A DNA stretch of 64,000 nucleotides from Candidatus Enterousia sp. Its GTDB lineage: Bacteria > Pseudomonadota > Alphaproteobacteria > Rs-D84. The notes beneath the pieces were generated by a model. That model was not told the DNA's origin. It searched no databases and was given only the letters and a program-made list of their open reading frames with translations. Shown here piece after piece: positions 29,407-39,285 of this stretch; the first letter of the stretch is position 1, and each line of letters opens with the position of its first letter. Made by a program: the position numbers and the translations under genes. Location of the stretch: positions 2,421 to 66,420 of the forward strand of contig JAZLCH010000006.1 of assembly GCA_045614145.1 (NCBI GenBank), in the 5' to 3' direction.

Positions 29407-30552
29407 ATGACGAAATTTGATGTTATCATTATTGGTGCAGGTGCAGCAGGACTGGTGGCGGCGGGGGCGGCCGTCCGGCGTGGTCGCAGCGTTGCAGTAT
29501 TAGATATGGGACCACAACCTGGACGCAAAATTATGGTATCAGGCGGTGGGAAATGTAATATTACAAATACCGCTGCATCACGTGATAGATATTTTGGAAA
29601 AAATCCCGACTTTGTTCGTGGCGCGTTAAGTCGCAGGTCCGCACAAGACATTCTGGACTGGGCCAGATTACACAATATAAAACTGTACGAAAAAACACCC
29701 GGACGATATTTTTGTAGTGATGGCGCAGCCGTTGTACTGGATGCGCTAATGCACGATGCAACGGGCGCAAAATTCTTTTATAACACAGAAATTTCATCCA
29801 TCCAGAAAAAGAACGGTGTTTTCATTGTAAATGAAATGCAATCTGAATCCGTCATTCTGGCAACAGGTGGGGTTTCTTTTGCGGCGCTGGGGGTGTCAGA
29901 TACGGGATACAAAATCGCAAAATCTTTTGGACACAAAATTATATCGCCCCGCCCAGGGCTGTGCGCGTTATCGATTACAGACTGGAATTCAAATTTAGCA
30001 GGCGTATCCATACCAGCACAAATAACAATTGGTAAAAAAAACATTTCTGATTCATTGTTGTTTACGCATTTTGGCATTGGCGGCCCGTTGGCATATCGCA
30101 TTAGTCTGCACAACATTCAAAATGGAATAAAATTAAATCTGTGCCCGAATGTCGACCTAATCGCGTTACTTAAAACAGCCAAGCAGCAAATGGGGCGACG
30201 TACGTTAACGAATGTACTGGCCACATGCATGCCAGCCAGAATCGCAAAGTGGATTGCACATGACGACGCACGAAACATTGCAGATATTCGTGATTCAGAA
30301 CTGATTACAGTTGCACAAAACGCCACAGAATTGTTTATCCCTGGCGACAGGATAGGATATCATTCTATGGCCAGCGCCGAGGTAACATATGGCGGCGTTG
30401 ATACGTGCGATATCTCGTCCAAGACGATGGAATCAAAACTGTGCCCAGGTTTATTTTTTGCCGGAGAAGTTATTGATATAACCGGCGATTTGGGCGGATT
30501 TAATCTGCAATGGGCATGGGCCAGCGGATTTGTCGCAGGCGAAAACGCCTAG
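29407..30552 (+). CDS. HI0933/BaiN-family NAD(P)/FAD-dependent flavoprotein
   Basis: An FAD-binding fold VIIIGAGAAGL...GGGKCNITN is present, and the family C-terminus GGFNLQWAWASG. Confidence 0.7.
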   Translation: MTKFDVIIIGAGAAGLVAAGAAVRRGRSVAVLDMGPQPGRKIMVSGGGKCNITNTAASRDRYFGKNPDFVRGALSRRSAQDILDWARLHNIKLYEKTPGRYFCSDGAAVVLDALMHDATGAKFFYNTEISSIQKKNGVFIVNEMQSESVILATGGVSFAALGVSDTGYKIAKSFGHKIISPRPGLCALSITDWNSNLAGVSIPAQITIGKKNISDSLLFTHFGIGGPLAYRISLHNIQNGIKLNLCPNVDLIALLKTAKQQMGRRTLTNVLATCMPARIAKWIAHDDARNIADIRDSELITVAQNATELFIPGDRIGYHSMASAEVTYGGVDTCDISSKTMESKLCPGLFFAGEVIDITGDLGGFNLQWAWASGFVAGENA

Positions 30553-30624
30553 AGAATTCATACCTATGACAAAATAACAGAAAAATATATATCCTGGGTT
30601 CCAGTTATACCAGGAGTTTATATC

Positions 30625-31158
30625 ATGCAATATTCAATATGGAACGAAACAAAAAAACCTGTCGGGATTGTTCAATTTATACACGATTCTGATTGGCCCC
30701 AGGCACGTTACCATGACTTTATAAGATATCTGAACGCGAACAGATATATTGTGTGTGATTCTGATATAAAAAACGCACAAGATTTAACAAGTATGCCTTA
30801 CGACCTGCCGGTTTTTCTGATTGGGGTGGGACGCGGCGGTAAAATCGTACAGAAAATATCGTGCAAAAATAAAAAATATACAGGTGCAATATCTGTAATG
30901 GCACACAGGCCAATGCTAAATTTTTTTGCCGGAATTTTACACCGCCGGGACACGGCACCGCAAATACCACTGATGATTATCGGCGGATGGTCGGCATTGC
31001 GACAAATAAATGCATATTCTGCAATTAATACAAATGAAGAGTGCGATTTTAACAATATAAACTTACTAATCTATCCTGAAATTCGCCCAAACACAGCGTT
31101 CAGCATTGCAAAAAATGATATAATCGTCTTTTTAAACAAGACCCTGGGCAGATTCTGA
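30625..31158 (+). CDS. Hypothetical protein (177 aa), possibly an alpha/beta-fold hydrolase lacking a clear GxSxG
   Basis: The ORF has an RBS, ccaggag. No motif was recognised. Confidence 0.35.
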   Translation: MQYSIWNETKKPVGIVQFIHDSDWPQARYHDFIRYLNANRYIVCDSDIKNAQDLTSMPYDLPVFLIGVGRGGKIVQKISCKNKKYTGAISVMAHRPMLNFFAGILHRRDTAPQIPLMIIGGWSALRQINAYSAINTNEECDFNNINLLIYPEIRPNTAFSIAKNDIIVFLNKTLGRF

Positions 31159-31193
31159 TGTAACAATTAATTTTACACTTAATACATTTTTAT

Positions 31194-31222
31194 TTGCATT
31201 CATTTCAACTGTTTGTTAGAAT
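31194..31222 (+). promoter_or_regulatory. sigma70-like promoter TTGCAT-N17-TAGAAT driving the structured RNA/leader
   Basis: The -35 element TTGCAT is at 31194-31199 and the -10 element TAGAAT at 31217-31222 with a 17-nt spacer. The predicted TSS is about 31229. Confidence 0.5.
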
Positions 31223-31228
31223 AGCATT

Positions 31229-31407
31229 GTCGTGATAGATTATCACGGTGGGGTGTCGAAACCCGTACGAAGGCGTCCGAAGTTTGGACGAAAAACATCT
31301 CCAACCATCAGGTTGGAGGGTTGGTGGAATATATCGAATACACCACACTATTCTTTCGTATAGTTTCGAACCTCCAACCGCTGTTGATTTATCAATGCGG
31401 TTTTTTT
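31229..31407 (+). ncRNA. About 180-nt structured RNA, or attenuator leader, upstream of the secreted repeat-protein gene
   Basis: The region contains hairpins at 31231-31247, 31274-31290 and 31323-31346. Three elements form mutually exclusive pairings: ctccaacc (31299-31306), ggttggagg (31311-31319) and cctccaacc (31371-31379). The last overlaps the 5' arm of a strong terminator, aaccgc...gcggtt plus T7, at 31376-31407. Confidence 0.45.
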
Positions 31408-31514
31408 GTTATGGTGATGTGGCCAAATGACAGTCCACCGATGATTGTCGTGCGCTCTTATTCTTACACATGGTCGCATCACCACCAATATAGAAAGACG
31501 GGAGAGATTATAAA

Positions 31515-32507
31515 ATGCAGGCTGATGCGAAAAAGTTTATGATAACCATATCACTGTGCGCCATGTTGGCGGTAAATCCAGTATTGGCAACCGCACCAGA
31601 GAATGACGAAGATTTGGGCAATGTACATGAAGTGTACGTTGAGTCAAGCCTGAACAAGGCAACAAATGGTATTGCGAGTGTTGGCTATGTAAACCGTATG
31701 GTTGATGCGGCAGGTGGTGCTGCGACACGCGCCGAAGAGCATGCAGCGGCGGCGGGCGAATATGCGATTGCGGCGGGCGAGTCAGCAGACGCAGCCCAGA
31801 CAGCAGCAGGCGAGGCCAAGGAAGCATTGAGCGGTAAAGTTAATGTCGCACAGGGTGCTGGTAATAAGAACAAGGCCATGGTGACGAACGCAGATGGCAC
31901 GGTCTATCCGGGGTATATTTCTAATGATATGATATCCACTAGTACTATAAATGCCGACAGGCTGAACATTTCAGGAACTTTGAATGGCAATCCTGGTGTA
32001 CTGATGGGCGCTATTGTTACAGATACCTTTGTTGATGGTTCTGGGAACACTCATACCTCAACGGGGGTTGCGTTGAAATGGCTGGGAAGTCAGGGGCTGG
32101 GTGTGTTGGTCTCTTCTACTGGTGATTTGAAATGGCAGTCTTTGTCTGGTAATTCATTGGTGGTTACCGATGGTTCAGGAAATCTGACCACTTTATCTGG
32201 TGATGGCTATTTTCGAAGTGTACGAGATACAAGTGGAAATTTGTCGTTTGGGTTTGACGAATTGTCTTTTTATGATATTGCAGTAGAAGATAGTTTAACA
32301 GGAGATGCGGTTTTGATGCTGAAAAATGGTAAGTTCAACTATGATGTCTATAGTTATGGTGCGTATCCGAATACGGTGTTAACACGAATGCCTGATGGTA
32401 CAATTGGTTGGCAAAAGGTTAAAACGCAAAATACAGACGCCGTTATTGGTGCAGTTCCGGTTGGCAGCAAAGATTCAACAACATACGGCGCATTTTGGAT
32501 AGAGTAA
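31515..32507 (+). CDS. Secreted Gly/Ser/Thr-rich repeat protein (adhesin or tail-fibre-like)
   Basis: A signal peptide, an alanine-rich stretch and repeated SGN/TGD motifs (DGSGNLTTLSGDG, DTSGNLSFG) are present. Confidence 0.45.
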   Translation: MQADAKKFMITISLCAMLAVNPVLATAPENDEDLGNVHEVYVESSLNKATNGIASVGYVNRMVDAAGGAATRAEEHAAAAGEYAIAAGESADAAQTAAGEAKEALSGKVNVAQGAGNKNKAMVTNADGTVYPGYISNDMISTSTINADRLNISGTLNGNPGVLMGAIVTDTFVDGSGNTHTSTGVALKWLGSQGLGVLVSSTGDLKWQSLSGNSLVVTDGSGNLTTLSGDGYFRSVRDTSGNLSFGFDELSFYDIAVEDSLTGDAVLMLKNGKFNYDVYSYGAYPNTVLTRMPDGTIGWQKVKTQNTDAVIGAVPVGSKDSTTYGAFWIE

Positions 32508-32523
32508 TACTTGCCACTTTAAA

Positions 32524-32548
32524 AATCCCCCGGATGGGGGATTTTTAT
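32524..32548. terminator. Bidirectional terminator shared by the repeat-protein gene and groEL
   Basis: Hairpin aatccccc-ggat-gggggatt is flanked by an A-tract and a T-tract. Confidence 0.55.
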
Positions 32549-32554
32549 TGGGAA

Positions 32555-34174
32555 CTACATCATTCCCGGCATGGCGCCCGGCATCTGTGGGGCGGATGGC
32601 TTATCTTCGGGGATTTCGGTCATTACCGCGCCGGTTGTCAACATAACACCTGCCGTGGATGCCGCCGCAGATATGGCCGTCTTTACAACCTTGGCTGGGT
32701 CAATAATGCCCGCTGCCATCATATCAACATATTCACCGGTCTGGGCATTATAACCAAAGTTATATTCAGTTGATTCCATAACCTTGCCTACGACGATTTC
32801 GCCAGATACGCCCGCATTTTCGGCAATTTGGGCGCATGGCGCAACAATTGCACGGCGAACAATATCAATGCCGACGTTTTGATCATTATTTGCACCATGC
32901 AGTTTTTCCAGCGCACGCACCGCACGAACCAGTGCAACACCACCACCGGCAACAATGCCTTCGGCGACAGCGGCGCGGGTTGCGGCCAACGCGTCGTCAA
33001 CACGGTCTTTCTTTTCTTTTACTTCAACCTCGGTCATGCCGCCAACCTTGATAACGGCAACGCCGCCAACCAATTTTGCCAATCTTTCTGACAGCTTTTC
33101 ACGGTCATAATCACTGGTTGTTGTTGCGATTGCATTTCGAATTTCATCTGCGCGTGCGGCAATTGCATTTTTGTCCCCTGCCCCATGTGCCAGCAGTGTC
33201 GAATCCTTAGAAACAACAACTTTTTTCGCAGTTCCCAGCACCGCAGGTGTGATATTTTCAAACGTCATGCCCATATCATCGCTGATTACTGTTGCACCGG
33301 TTACGATTGCAATATCTTTTAACATTTCTTTGCGACGATCGCCAAAGCCGGGGGCCTTGACCGCGCAAACCTTTAGACCGCCACGCAGACGGTTCAAGAC
33401 CAATGTCGCCAACGCTTCGGATTCGACATCTTCGGCAATGATTAATAACGGTTTGCCAGATTGTGCAATCGGTTCCAAAATTGGCAACAGCGCCTGCAGC
33501 CCTGTGATTTTCTTTTCAGAAACCAGGATTTGTGCGCCATCCAGTTCAGCTAACATTTTTTCACTGTTGGTGACGAAATATGGTGACATAAAGCCCTGGT
33601 CAAATTGCATACCTTCGACCACATCAATTTCTGTGTCCAGACCTTTGGCCTCTTCGACGGTAATAACACCTTCTTGGCCGACGCGCGCCATCGCATTTGC
33701 AATTTTTTCGCCAATGTCAGAATCAGAATTTGCAGAAATGGTTGCAACCTGGGCGATTTCAGACGAATCTTTGACCGGACGGGCATGCGCATCAATGTCT
33801 GCGACAACCGCATTTACCGCCATGTCAATGCCACGCTTGACATCCATTGGGTTCATGCCAGCCGCGATTACACGACGACCTTCGCGAATTAACTTTTGCG
33901 CCAATACGGTTGCAGTGGTTGTGCCGTCACCAGCATCGTCGCCGGCTTTTTTCGCAACCTCTTGCACCATGCGGGCGCCAATGTTTTCGCCCGGGTCTTT
34001 TAACGATACCGCGCGGGCAACGGTCACACCGTCTTTGGTCGCGACCGGCGCACCATACGATTTTTCAATTACGACCGTGCGCCCCTTAGGCCCCATGGTG
34101 ATTTTTACAGCGTTTGCCAATTTATCAACACCCGCTGCCAATTTATCTGTATCAAAAACAATTTCTTTTGCCAT
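32555..34174 (-). CDS. groEL: Chaperonin GroEL
   Basis: The product is 539 aa. [16 protein letters not shown] and the C-terminal PGAMPGMM repeat are present. Confidence 0.97.
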   Translation of the reverse strand: MAKEIVFDTDKLAAGVDKLANAVKITMGPKGRTVVIEKSYGAPVATKDGVTVARAVSLKDPGENIGARMVQEVAKKAGDDAGDGTTTATVLAQKLIREGRRVIAAGMNPMDVKRGIDMAVNAVVADIDAHARPVKDSSEIAQVATISANSDSDIGEKIANAMARVGQEGVITVEEAKGLDTEIDVVEGMQFDQGFMSPYFVTNSEKMLAELDGAQILVSEKKITGLQALLPILEPIAQSGKPLLIIAEDVESEALATLVLNRLRGGLKVCAVKAPGFGDRRKEMLKDIAIVTGATVISDDMGMTFENITPAVLGTAKKVVVSKDSTLLAHGAGDKNAIAARADEIRNAIATTTSDYDREKLSERLAKLVGGVAVIKVGGMTEVEVKEKKDRVDDALAATRAAVAEGIVAGGGVALVRAVRALEKLHGANNDQNVGIDIVRRAIVAPCAQIAENAGVSGEIVVGKVMESTEYNFGYNAQTGEYVDMMAAGIIDPAKVVKTAISAAASTAGVMLTTGAVMTEIPEDKPSAPQMPGAMPGMM

Positions 34175-34185
34175 TTTATAATCCC

Positions 34186-34473
34186 TTATTCAATAATTCC
34201 TAGAATATCTGTTTCTTTGATTAAAACATAGTCACGACCTTCTAACTTAATCTCGTTCGCAGATGACGCCCATTTCGCAAATAAAACAACATCGTTTTCT
34301 TTGACTGCAACTGGGATTAATTTGTCGCCGCTATATATACCAGCACCAGCGGCAATCACACGGCCGCGAACCGGTTTTTCACGCGCATTATCCGGGATAA
34401 TAATTCCGCCAGCGGTAATATTTTCTTCTTCCAGCCTTTCCAGCAGAACATAATTATGCAGTGGTTTAAACAT
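34186..34473 (-). CDS. groES: Co-chaperonin GroES
   Basis: The product is 95 aa, begins [17 protein letters not shown], and sits immediately upstream of groEL. Confidence 0.95.
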   Translation of the reverse strand: MFKPLHNYVLLERLEEENITAGGIIIPDNAREKPVRGRVIAAGAGIYSGDKLIPVAVKENDVVLFAKWASSANEIKLEGRDYVLIKETDILGIIE

Positions 34474-34475
34474 TC

Positions 34476-34512
34476 ATATACTCCTTTGATAAACCTGTAC
34501 AGGTGATATAGT
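34476..34512 (-). promoter_or_regulatory. sigma32-type promoter upstream of groES (CTTGAAA-N15-CTATAT on the minus strand), followed by a cctgtacagg palindrome
   Basis: The minus-strand sequence reads CTTGAAAtcaataattttcagaCTATATcacctgtacaggtttatcaaaggagtatATG. The architecture is identical to the dnaK promoter. Confidence 0.55.
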
Positions 34513-34579
34513 CTGAAAATTATTGATTTCAAGTCTGTATTTTAATATGCTGGGACAGAAACACAAGGGGAATAAAAAG

Positions 34580-34960
34580 ATGTACGATTCAAATAATGTC
34601 TTTGCAAAAATGATACGCGGAGAAATTCCAACAAACAAGATTTTTGAAAATGATTACGCAATGAGTTTCCATGATATTAATCCTATGTTTGAAACACATG
34701 CGTTGGTTATACCCAAGGGACCATATCAGAACATACTGGATTTCGCAAAAAATGCCACCCTAGATGAACAGACAGGATTCTGGGAATGCTTTGCAAAAAC
34801 GGCAGACAGACTGGGCATTGAGTGCGAATTTAACTGTCTGGCAAATGCAGGGGCGGACGCACCGTTTGTAAAGCAATCTGTATTTCATTTTCATCTGCAC
34901 CTGGTTGCGGGCACAAAAACCGCAGCGTTCAAAAACTTAATTGCCGAGATTGAGCAATAA
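34580..34960 (+). CDS. HIT-family (histidine triad) hydrolase
   Basis: The histidine triad HFHLHLV is present. The ATG at 34580 follows an RBS, aagggg. Confidence 0.75.
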   Translation: MYDSNNVFAKMIRGEIPTNKIFENDYAMSFHDINPMFETHALVIPKGPYQNILDFAKNATLDEQTGFWECFAKTADRLGIECEFNCLANAGADAPFVKQSVFHFHLHLVAGTKTAAFKNLIAEIEQ

Positions 34961-34962
34961 TC

Positions 34963-35178
34963 ATGCGCATAAATGTTCGTGTTATTCCGCGTGCCAAACT
35001 TAATCGGGTTGAGGTTCAGCCCGATGGCACGGTGCGCGTGCATACAACAACCGCCCCCACAGATGGCAAAGCAACAAATGACGTGATAAAAATGCTGGCC
35101 GAACATTATGGCGTTCCAAAGACCAGCATTAAATTGGTTCGTGGCGCGACTTCGCGCGATAAAGTATTTGAGATTTAA
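34963..35178 (+). CDS. DUF167/YggU-family small protein
   Basis: The product is 71 aa, MRINVRVIPRAKLNRVEVQPDGTVRVHTTTAPTDGKATND, typical of YggU. Confidence 0.55.
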   Translation: MRINVRVIPRAKLNRVEVQPDGTVRVHTTTAPTDGKATNDVIKMLAEHYGVPKTSIKLVRGATSRDKVFEI

Positions 35179-35726
35179 TATTTCAAAATTTGTTTCTTTA
35201 ATTCTGCAACTGTATCTGCGTGGAATATGTTATAGTTATCGGTTTTGACAATAAAACCATTCTTTTTCATATGCTTAATCAAACGTGTCAACTGATTCCA
35301 AAAACCATTTGTATTTAAAAAGAACAACGGTTTGTCTGTTTCGCCAATCTGTTGCATTGTTAGAATATCTGTTAATTCATTCAATGTGCCAATGCCACCC
35401 GGCAGAATAATAAACGCATCAGATTCGTCAAACATGATTTGCTTGCGTTCGTTTACGCCGTCTACAACCTGGACATCGATTTCTTCGTGGGCGGGTTCTT
35501 GCATCGCGATTACATCATCGGTTGAAACACCGATAACCGTCCCGCCGTTTTTCAGCGCTGCCGTCGCCACCGTCCCCATCAACCCAACATCACCACCACC
35601 AAAAACCATGCGAATCCCATTCTTGGCCAGCATACGACCAACCGCCACCGCGTCACGCCGAAACTGGGGGTCGGTTCCCATTTGATGACCACAATAGACC
35701 GCAATAGACTTTAAATTAGCAGACAT
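35175..35726 (-). CDS. LOG-family protein (cytokinin riboside 5'-monophosphate phosphoribohydrolase-like / TIGR00730)
   Basis: The family motifs VFGGGDVGLMG and PGGIGTLNE are present. Confidence 0.75.
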   Translation of the reverse strand: MSANLKSIAVYCGHQMGTDPQFRRDAVAVGRMLAKNGIRMVFGGGDVGLMGTVATAALKNGGTVIGVSTDDVIAMQEPAHEEIDVQVVDGVNERKQIMFDESDAFIILPGGIGTLNELTDILTMQQIGETDKPLFFLNTNGFWNQLTRLIKHMKKNGFIVKTDNYNIFHADTVAELKKQILKY

Positions 35727-35773
35727 TCTTTTTCCCTTTATTTTTGTGAATTATAACATAAAATAGCATCATA

Positions 35774-36769
35774 ATGAATGAAAAGTTTTTGAATTTTATT
35801 TGCGCGTATTCCGACAAACCTGTTGCTGTTGCGGTCAGTGGTGGCGTCGATTCGATTTGCCTGTTACACTGGTTGGTGGCGCAGAAGATGAATATCACTG
35901 CGTTGCATGTACATCATCATCTGCGCGATGCCGCCGATACTGAGGCACAGTATGTCGCAGACACATGCAAACAGCTGGGTATTCCGTATCAGATATTTCA
36001 TTGGGAACATAACAATCACCCCACTGGTATCGAAGCCGCTGCACGCACCGCACGATATAAGTTTATGACCGATTTTTGCCGTGATAACGAAATCGGTATT
36101 CTGATGGTGGCACACCAGGCAGATGACCAAATTGAAACATTCTTGATGAATCTGGGGCGTGGCAGTGGGGTGAGCGGACTGGCCGCAATGCGCGACATTT
36201 CATATCGCGACGGAATTAAAATTGTGCGGCCTTTGTTGCGGGTATTTCGACGCGAATTAGTTGAATACTGTGATGCGAATAATATCAAATATTTTTCAGA
36301 CGAAATGAATTTTGACGATAAATACACACGTGTAAAAATTCGTCAGAACCGGCATTTGTTATCAGACAAACTGGGCATAAGCGATGAACGCATTCTGTTG
36401 GCGATTGAAAACCTGGGGCGGGCGCGCGATGCGTTGGATGGCGATGTTGGGGCGCGTGTAAAATCTGTGATGTATGATGGATATGCTTTGTTTGGGGATT
36501 CTTTTCTATTTGACGTGCCACGTGACATTGGGCTAAAGTGTTTGGGCATGTTGATTCAAATTATCGGGGGGGATGATTATCAGCCACGCTTGAATTCGTT
36601 AATATTTGCACTAAGTAAACTGCAGTCTGATTGCAAATTTACATTGGGGCATTGCACAATTCGGCGACATAAAAATCAGATATTAATCGTTCCCGAAGGC
36701 GCAAAAACAAGTATCAGGAAGAAAAATGAAAAACTTAAAAGACTTCAAAAAATCAAACAAAAACAATAA
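35774..36769 (+). CDS. tilS: tRNA(Ile)-lysidine synthetase
   Basis: A PP-loop VAVSGGVDS is present. The gene lies upstream of ftsH in the conserved tilS-ftsH arrangement. Confidence 0.75.
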   Translation: MNEKFLNFICAYSDKPVAVAVSGGVDSICLLHWLVAQKMNITALHVHHHLRDAADTEAQYVADTCKQLGIPYQIFHWEHNNHPTGIEAAARTARYKFMTDFCRDNEIGILMVAHQADDQIETFLMNLGRGSGVSGLAAMRDISYRDGIKIVRPLLRVFRRELVEYCDANNIKYFSDEMNFDDKYTRVKIRQNRHLLSDKLGISDERILLAIENLGRARDALDGDVGARVKSVMYDGYALFGDSFLFDVPRDIGLKCLGMLIQIIGGDDYQPRLNSLIFALSKLQSDCKFTLGHCTIRRHKNQILIVPEGAKTSIRKKNEKLKRLQKIKQKQ

Positions 36770-38657
36770 TCAAAATGTGAAAAAACGTGATGTTGCGTCG
36801 TGGGCATTAACAATATTTGCCGCGCTGTTTATCGCAATGATTGGACGCGTGTTTATATATGGTGGCACAACGCCTGTTATGCCGGGCGCGCAAAGTGCGA
36901 ATATTTCACGGCCGATTGAACTGTCTTTTTCAGACGTTCTGCGTCGTGCAGACGAAATCAAGACAATGACCGTCAACGGAAATAATGCGACCGGAACATT
37001 GGCAGATGGCACAAAATACAAAGCTACAATTACATACGACCCAGAAATGCTGGCGAAACTGGCCGATACGGGTACTGCCATTACAATTGACACGTCACGT
37101 GGTTGGTTTGATACCATTGCAACGTTTGCGCCATTGGCGTTGACGTTGTTATTTATATTCTGGATTTTGCGTGGCTTTCGTCGTGGGGGCGCAGCCGGCG
37201 GAATCAGTCGCAGTCTGATTGGCCAAAACCCAACAAAAATCGCAACAGGCAAACCCAAAACCACGTTCAAAGATGTCGCAGGCATCGATTCTGAAAAACA
37301 AGAACTGGCTGAAATTGTGGATTTCTTGAAAAACAAAGATAAATACAAATCACTGGGGGCGCGCGTGCCACGCGGGGTGCTGCTGTCGGGTCAGCCGGGT
37401 ACAGGTAAAACATTGTTGGCACGTGCAATCGCAGGCGAAGCAAATGTTCCGTTCTTTGCGGCATCAGGGTCTGACTTTTCAGGCATTATCGTTGGATTGG
37501 GGGTCGCAAAAATCAAAGAAATATTTGAAATGGCAAAACGTAATGCACCATGCATCTTGTTCATTGATGAAATTGACGCAATTGGGCAAAAGCGTTCAAC
37601 ACATTCATATAATGACCAAGACCGTGAACAAACCTTGAATCAGTTGCTGATTGAAATGGACGGTTTTGCAAATGACACAGGCATTATCGTTATTGGCGCA
37701 ACAAACCGCGCAGATATGCTGGACGCGGCATTGCTGCGCCCAGGACGCTTTGACCGCCAGGTTTATATTGAATTACCTGACATGGCGGGACGTCGCGAAA
37801 TCTTGGATTTATATGCTAAAAAGGTTAAAATTGGCGACGATGTAAATCTGATGGATTTGGCCCGTGGCACAACCGGATTTTCAGGCGCAGATTTAGAAAA
37901 CCTGTTGAATGAAGCGGCACTGCACGCGGTGCGAAACGGGCGCGACAAGATATCGCCAGATGATATAGAAGAAGCACGCGACAAAATCATTATGGGGCCG
38001 CGCAAGATTCGCAAAATGCGCCCAGAAGATATAAAACTGACCGCCTATCACGAGGCAGGACACGCGTTCGTCAGTCTGATGTACGATGGTGTCGCAGATC
38101 CAATTCACAAGGCGACAATTATTCCACGTGGACGCGCACTGGGGATGGTACAGCACCTGCCGATTGATGACAAGGTTTCAATGACCCTGGCCGAGGTGCG
38201 TGCAAATCTGTCTATTGCACTGGCCGGCAGATGCGCAGAAGAAATATTCTTTGGCGCAGACAAAATCACCACCGGCGCAGAAAGCGATATTGCGTCGGCA
38301 ACGCGACTGGCCCGTTATTCAATTACAACCGCCGGGCTGTCCAAGAAAGTTGGATTGCCGGCAATTAATCAGGTCGGCACATTTGGTGTGCGTGGTGCGT
38401 TGGAAAATGCGTCTGAAAAGACCGCAGAAATTGTTGATGCAGAAATACGCGCATGGCTGGATGCAGCGCATGCAGACGCGACCAAGCATTTGGTTAAAAA
38501 TAAAGCCAAGGTTGAGAAATTGGCAAACGCATTGCTGGAACACGAAACACTGACCGGCGAAGAAATTCGCGAAATTGTGTTTGGTAAAACAAAAAAGACC
38601 GCAGCCAAAAGAACAACCAAGAAACGTGCAAATGCAACAAAAACTGGCGAACAATAA
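36726..38657 (+). CDS. ftsH: ATP-dependent zinc metalloprotease FtsH
   Basis: TM helices, an AAA Walker A GQPGTGKT, an SRH segment and an HEAGHA zinc motif are present. Confidence 0.95.
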   Translation: MKNLKDFKKSNKNNNQNVKKRDVASWALTIFAALFIAMIGRVFIYGGTTPVMPGAQSANISRPIELSFSDVLRRADEIKTMTVNGNNATGTLADGTKYKATITYDPEMLAKLADTGTAITIDTSRGWFDTIATFAPLALTLLFIFWILRGFRRGGAAGGISRSLIGQNPTKIATGKPKTTFKDVAGIDSEKQELAEIVDFLKNKDKYKSLGARVPRGVLLSGQPGTGKTLLARAIAGEANVPFFAASGSDFSGIIVGLGVAKIKEIFEMAKRNAPCILFIDEIDAIGQKRSTHSYNDQDREQTLNQLLIEMDGFANDTGIIVIGATNRADMLDAALLRPGRFDRQVYIELPDMAGRREILDLYAKKVKIGDDVNLMDLARGTTGFSGADLENLLNEAALHAVRNGRDKISPDDIEEARDKIIMGPRKIRKMRPEDIKLTAYHEAGHAFVSLMYDGVADPIHKATIIPRGRALGMVQHLPIDDKVSMTLAEVRANLSIALAGRCAEEIFFGADKITTGAESDIASATRLARYSITTAGLSKKVGLPAINQVGTFGVRGALENASEKTAEIVDAEIRAWLDAAHADATKHLVKNKAKVEKLANALLEHETLTGEEIREIVFGKTKKTAAKRTTKKRANATKTGEQ

Positions 38658-38673
38658 ATTTGAACTAATACAA

Positions 38674-39279
38674 ATGCCACCACAGAATACACAATCGGTG
38701 ATTGTGTCTGTGGGGGATGCGTGCGTTATCTTTGACCCGTGGGGACATGTGGACGATTGGATGCGCGCATTGGACATGCGCGGTTTAAAATTGCGTGCAA
38801 TTTATGTGACACACGGGCACCCCGATCATATCGCATGTGCGCCAATGCTGGCCCAGAAATACGGTGTACAGTGGTTCCTGCATACGGGGGATTTTCGCCT
38901 GGTTGGATGGGGTAATGATTTATTGGAATACTTTGGTTTACCAAAAATCAACATTAATAATGCGCGCCCAACACCGCTGGAAATACAATCCGTTGAAATT
39001 TTACCTGGGATTAGTATGGATATAATTGAAACACCGGGACACACACCAGGGGGCGTTGCGTATCATTTCCCAGATGAAAAGGTAATTATTATTGGCGATA
39101 CACTGTTCCAGGAATCTGTTGGCCGATACGATTTGCCGGGCGGGGGAAAAAAAATGCTGATGCAATCAGTTGCAAGTATATATAATTTAAATTTATCTGA
39201 TGACACAGAAATAATTCATGGACACGGCATGGCAACAACCGTTGGATGGTTAAAACGAAACAATCCGTATTTTCATTAA
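38674..39279 (+). CDS. MBL-fold metallo-hydrolase (glyoxalase II-like)
   Basis: The MBL zinc motif THGHPDH is present, and downstream conserved His/Asp ligands. Confidence 0.7.
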   Translation: MPPQNTQSVIVSVGDACVIFDPWGHVDDWMRALDMRGLKLRAIYVTHGHPDHIACAPMLAQKYGVQWFLHTGDFRLVGWGNDLLEYFGLPKININNARPTPLEIQSVEILPGISMDIIETPGHTPGGVAYHFPDEKVIIIGDTLFQESVGRYDLPGGGKKMLMQSVASIYNLNLSDDTEIIHGHGMATTVGWLKRNNPYFH

Positions 39280-39285
39280 TACCAG

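Noticed and set aside
31248-31542. 60-73-aa ORFs within the structured leader at 31229-31407, as possible leader peptides.
   Set aside because: They lack an ATG and RBS in the right place, and they span the terminator. RNA-structure-based regulation fits better than peptide-mediated attenuation, though the latter is not excluded.
33171-34181. 336-aa ORF on the plus strand antisense to groEL, and similar long antisense ORFs inside dnaK (4127-4672), ftsH (36770-37348), recG (40876-41751), alaS (28559-29080), era (52994-53635), amiC (2608-3183) and rpoD (18568-18879).
   Set aside because: These are shadow ORFs inside well-supported conserved genes. Their low-complexity Ser/Ala/Thr-rich translations are typical of antisense frames.
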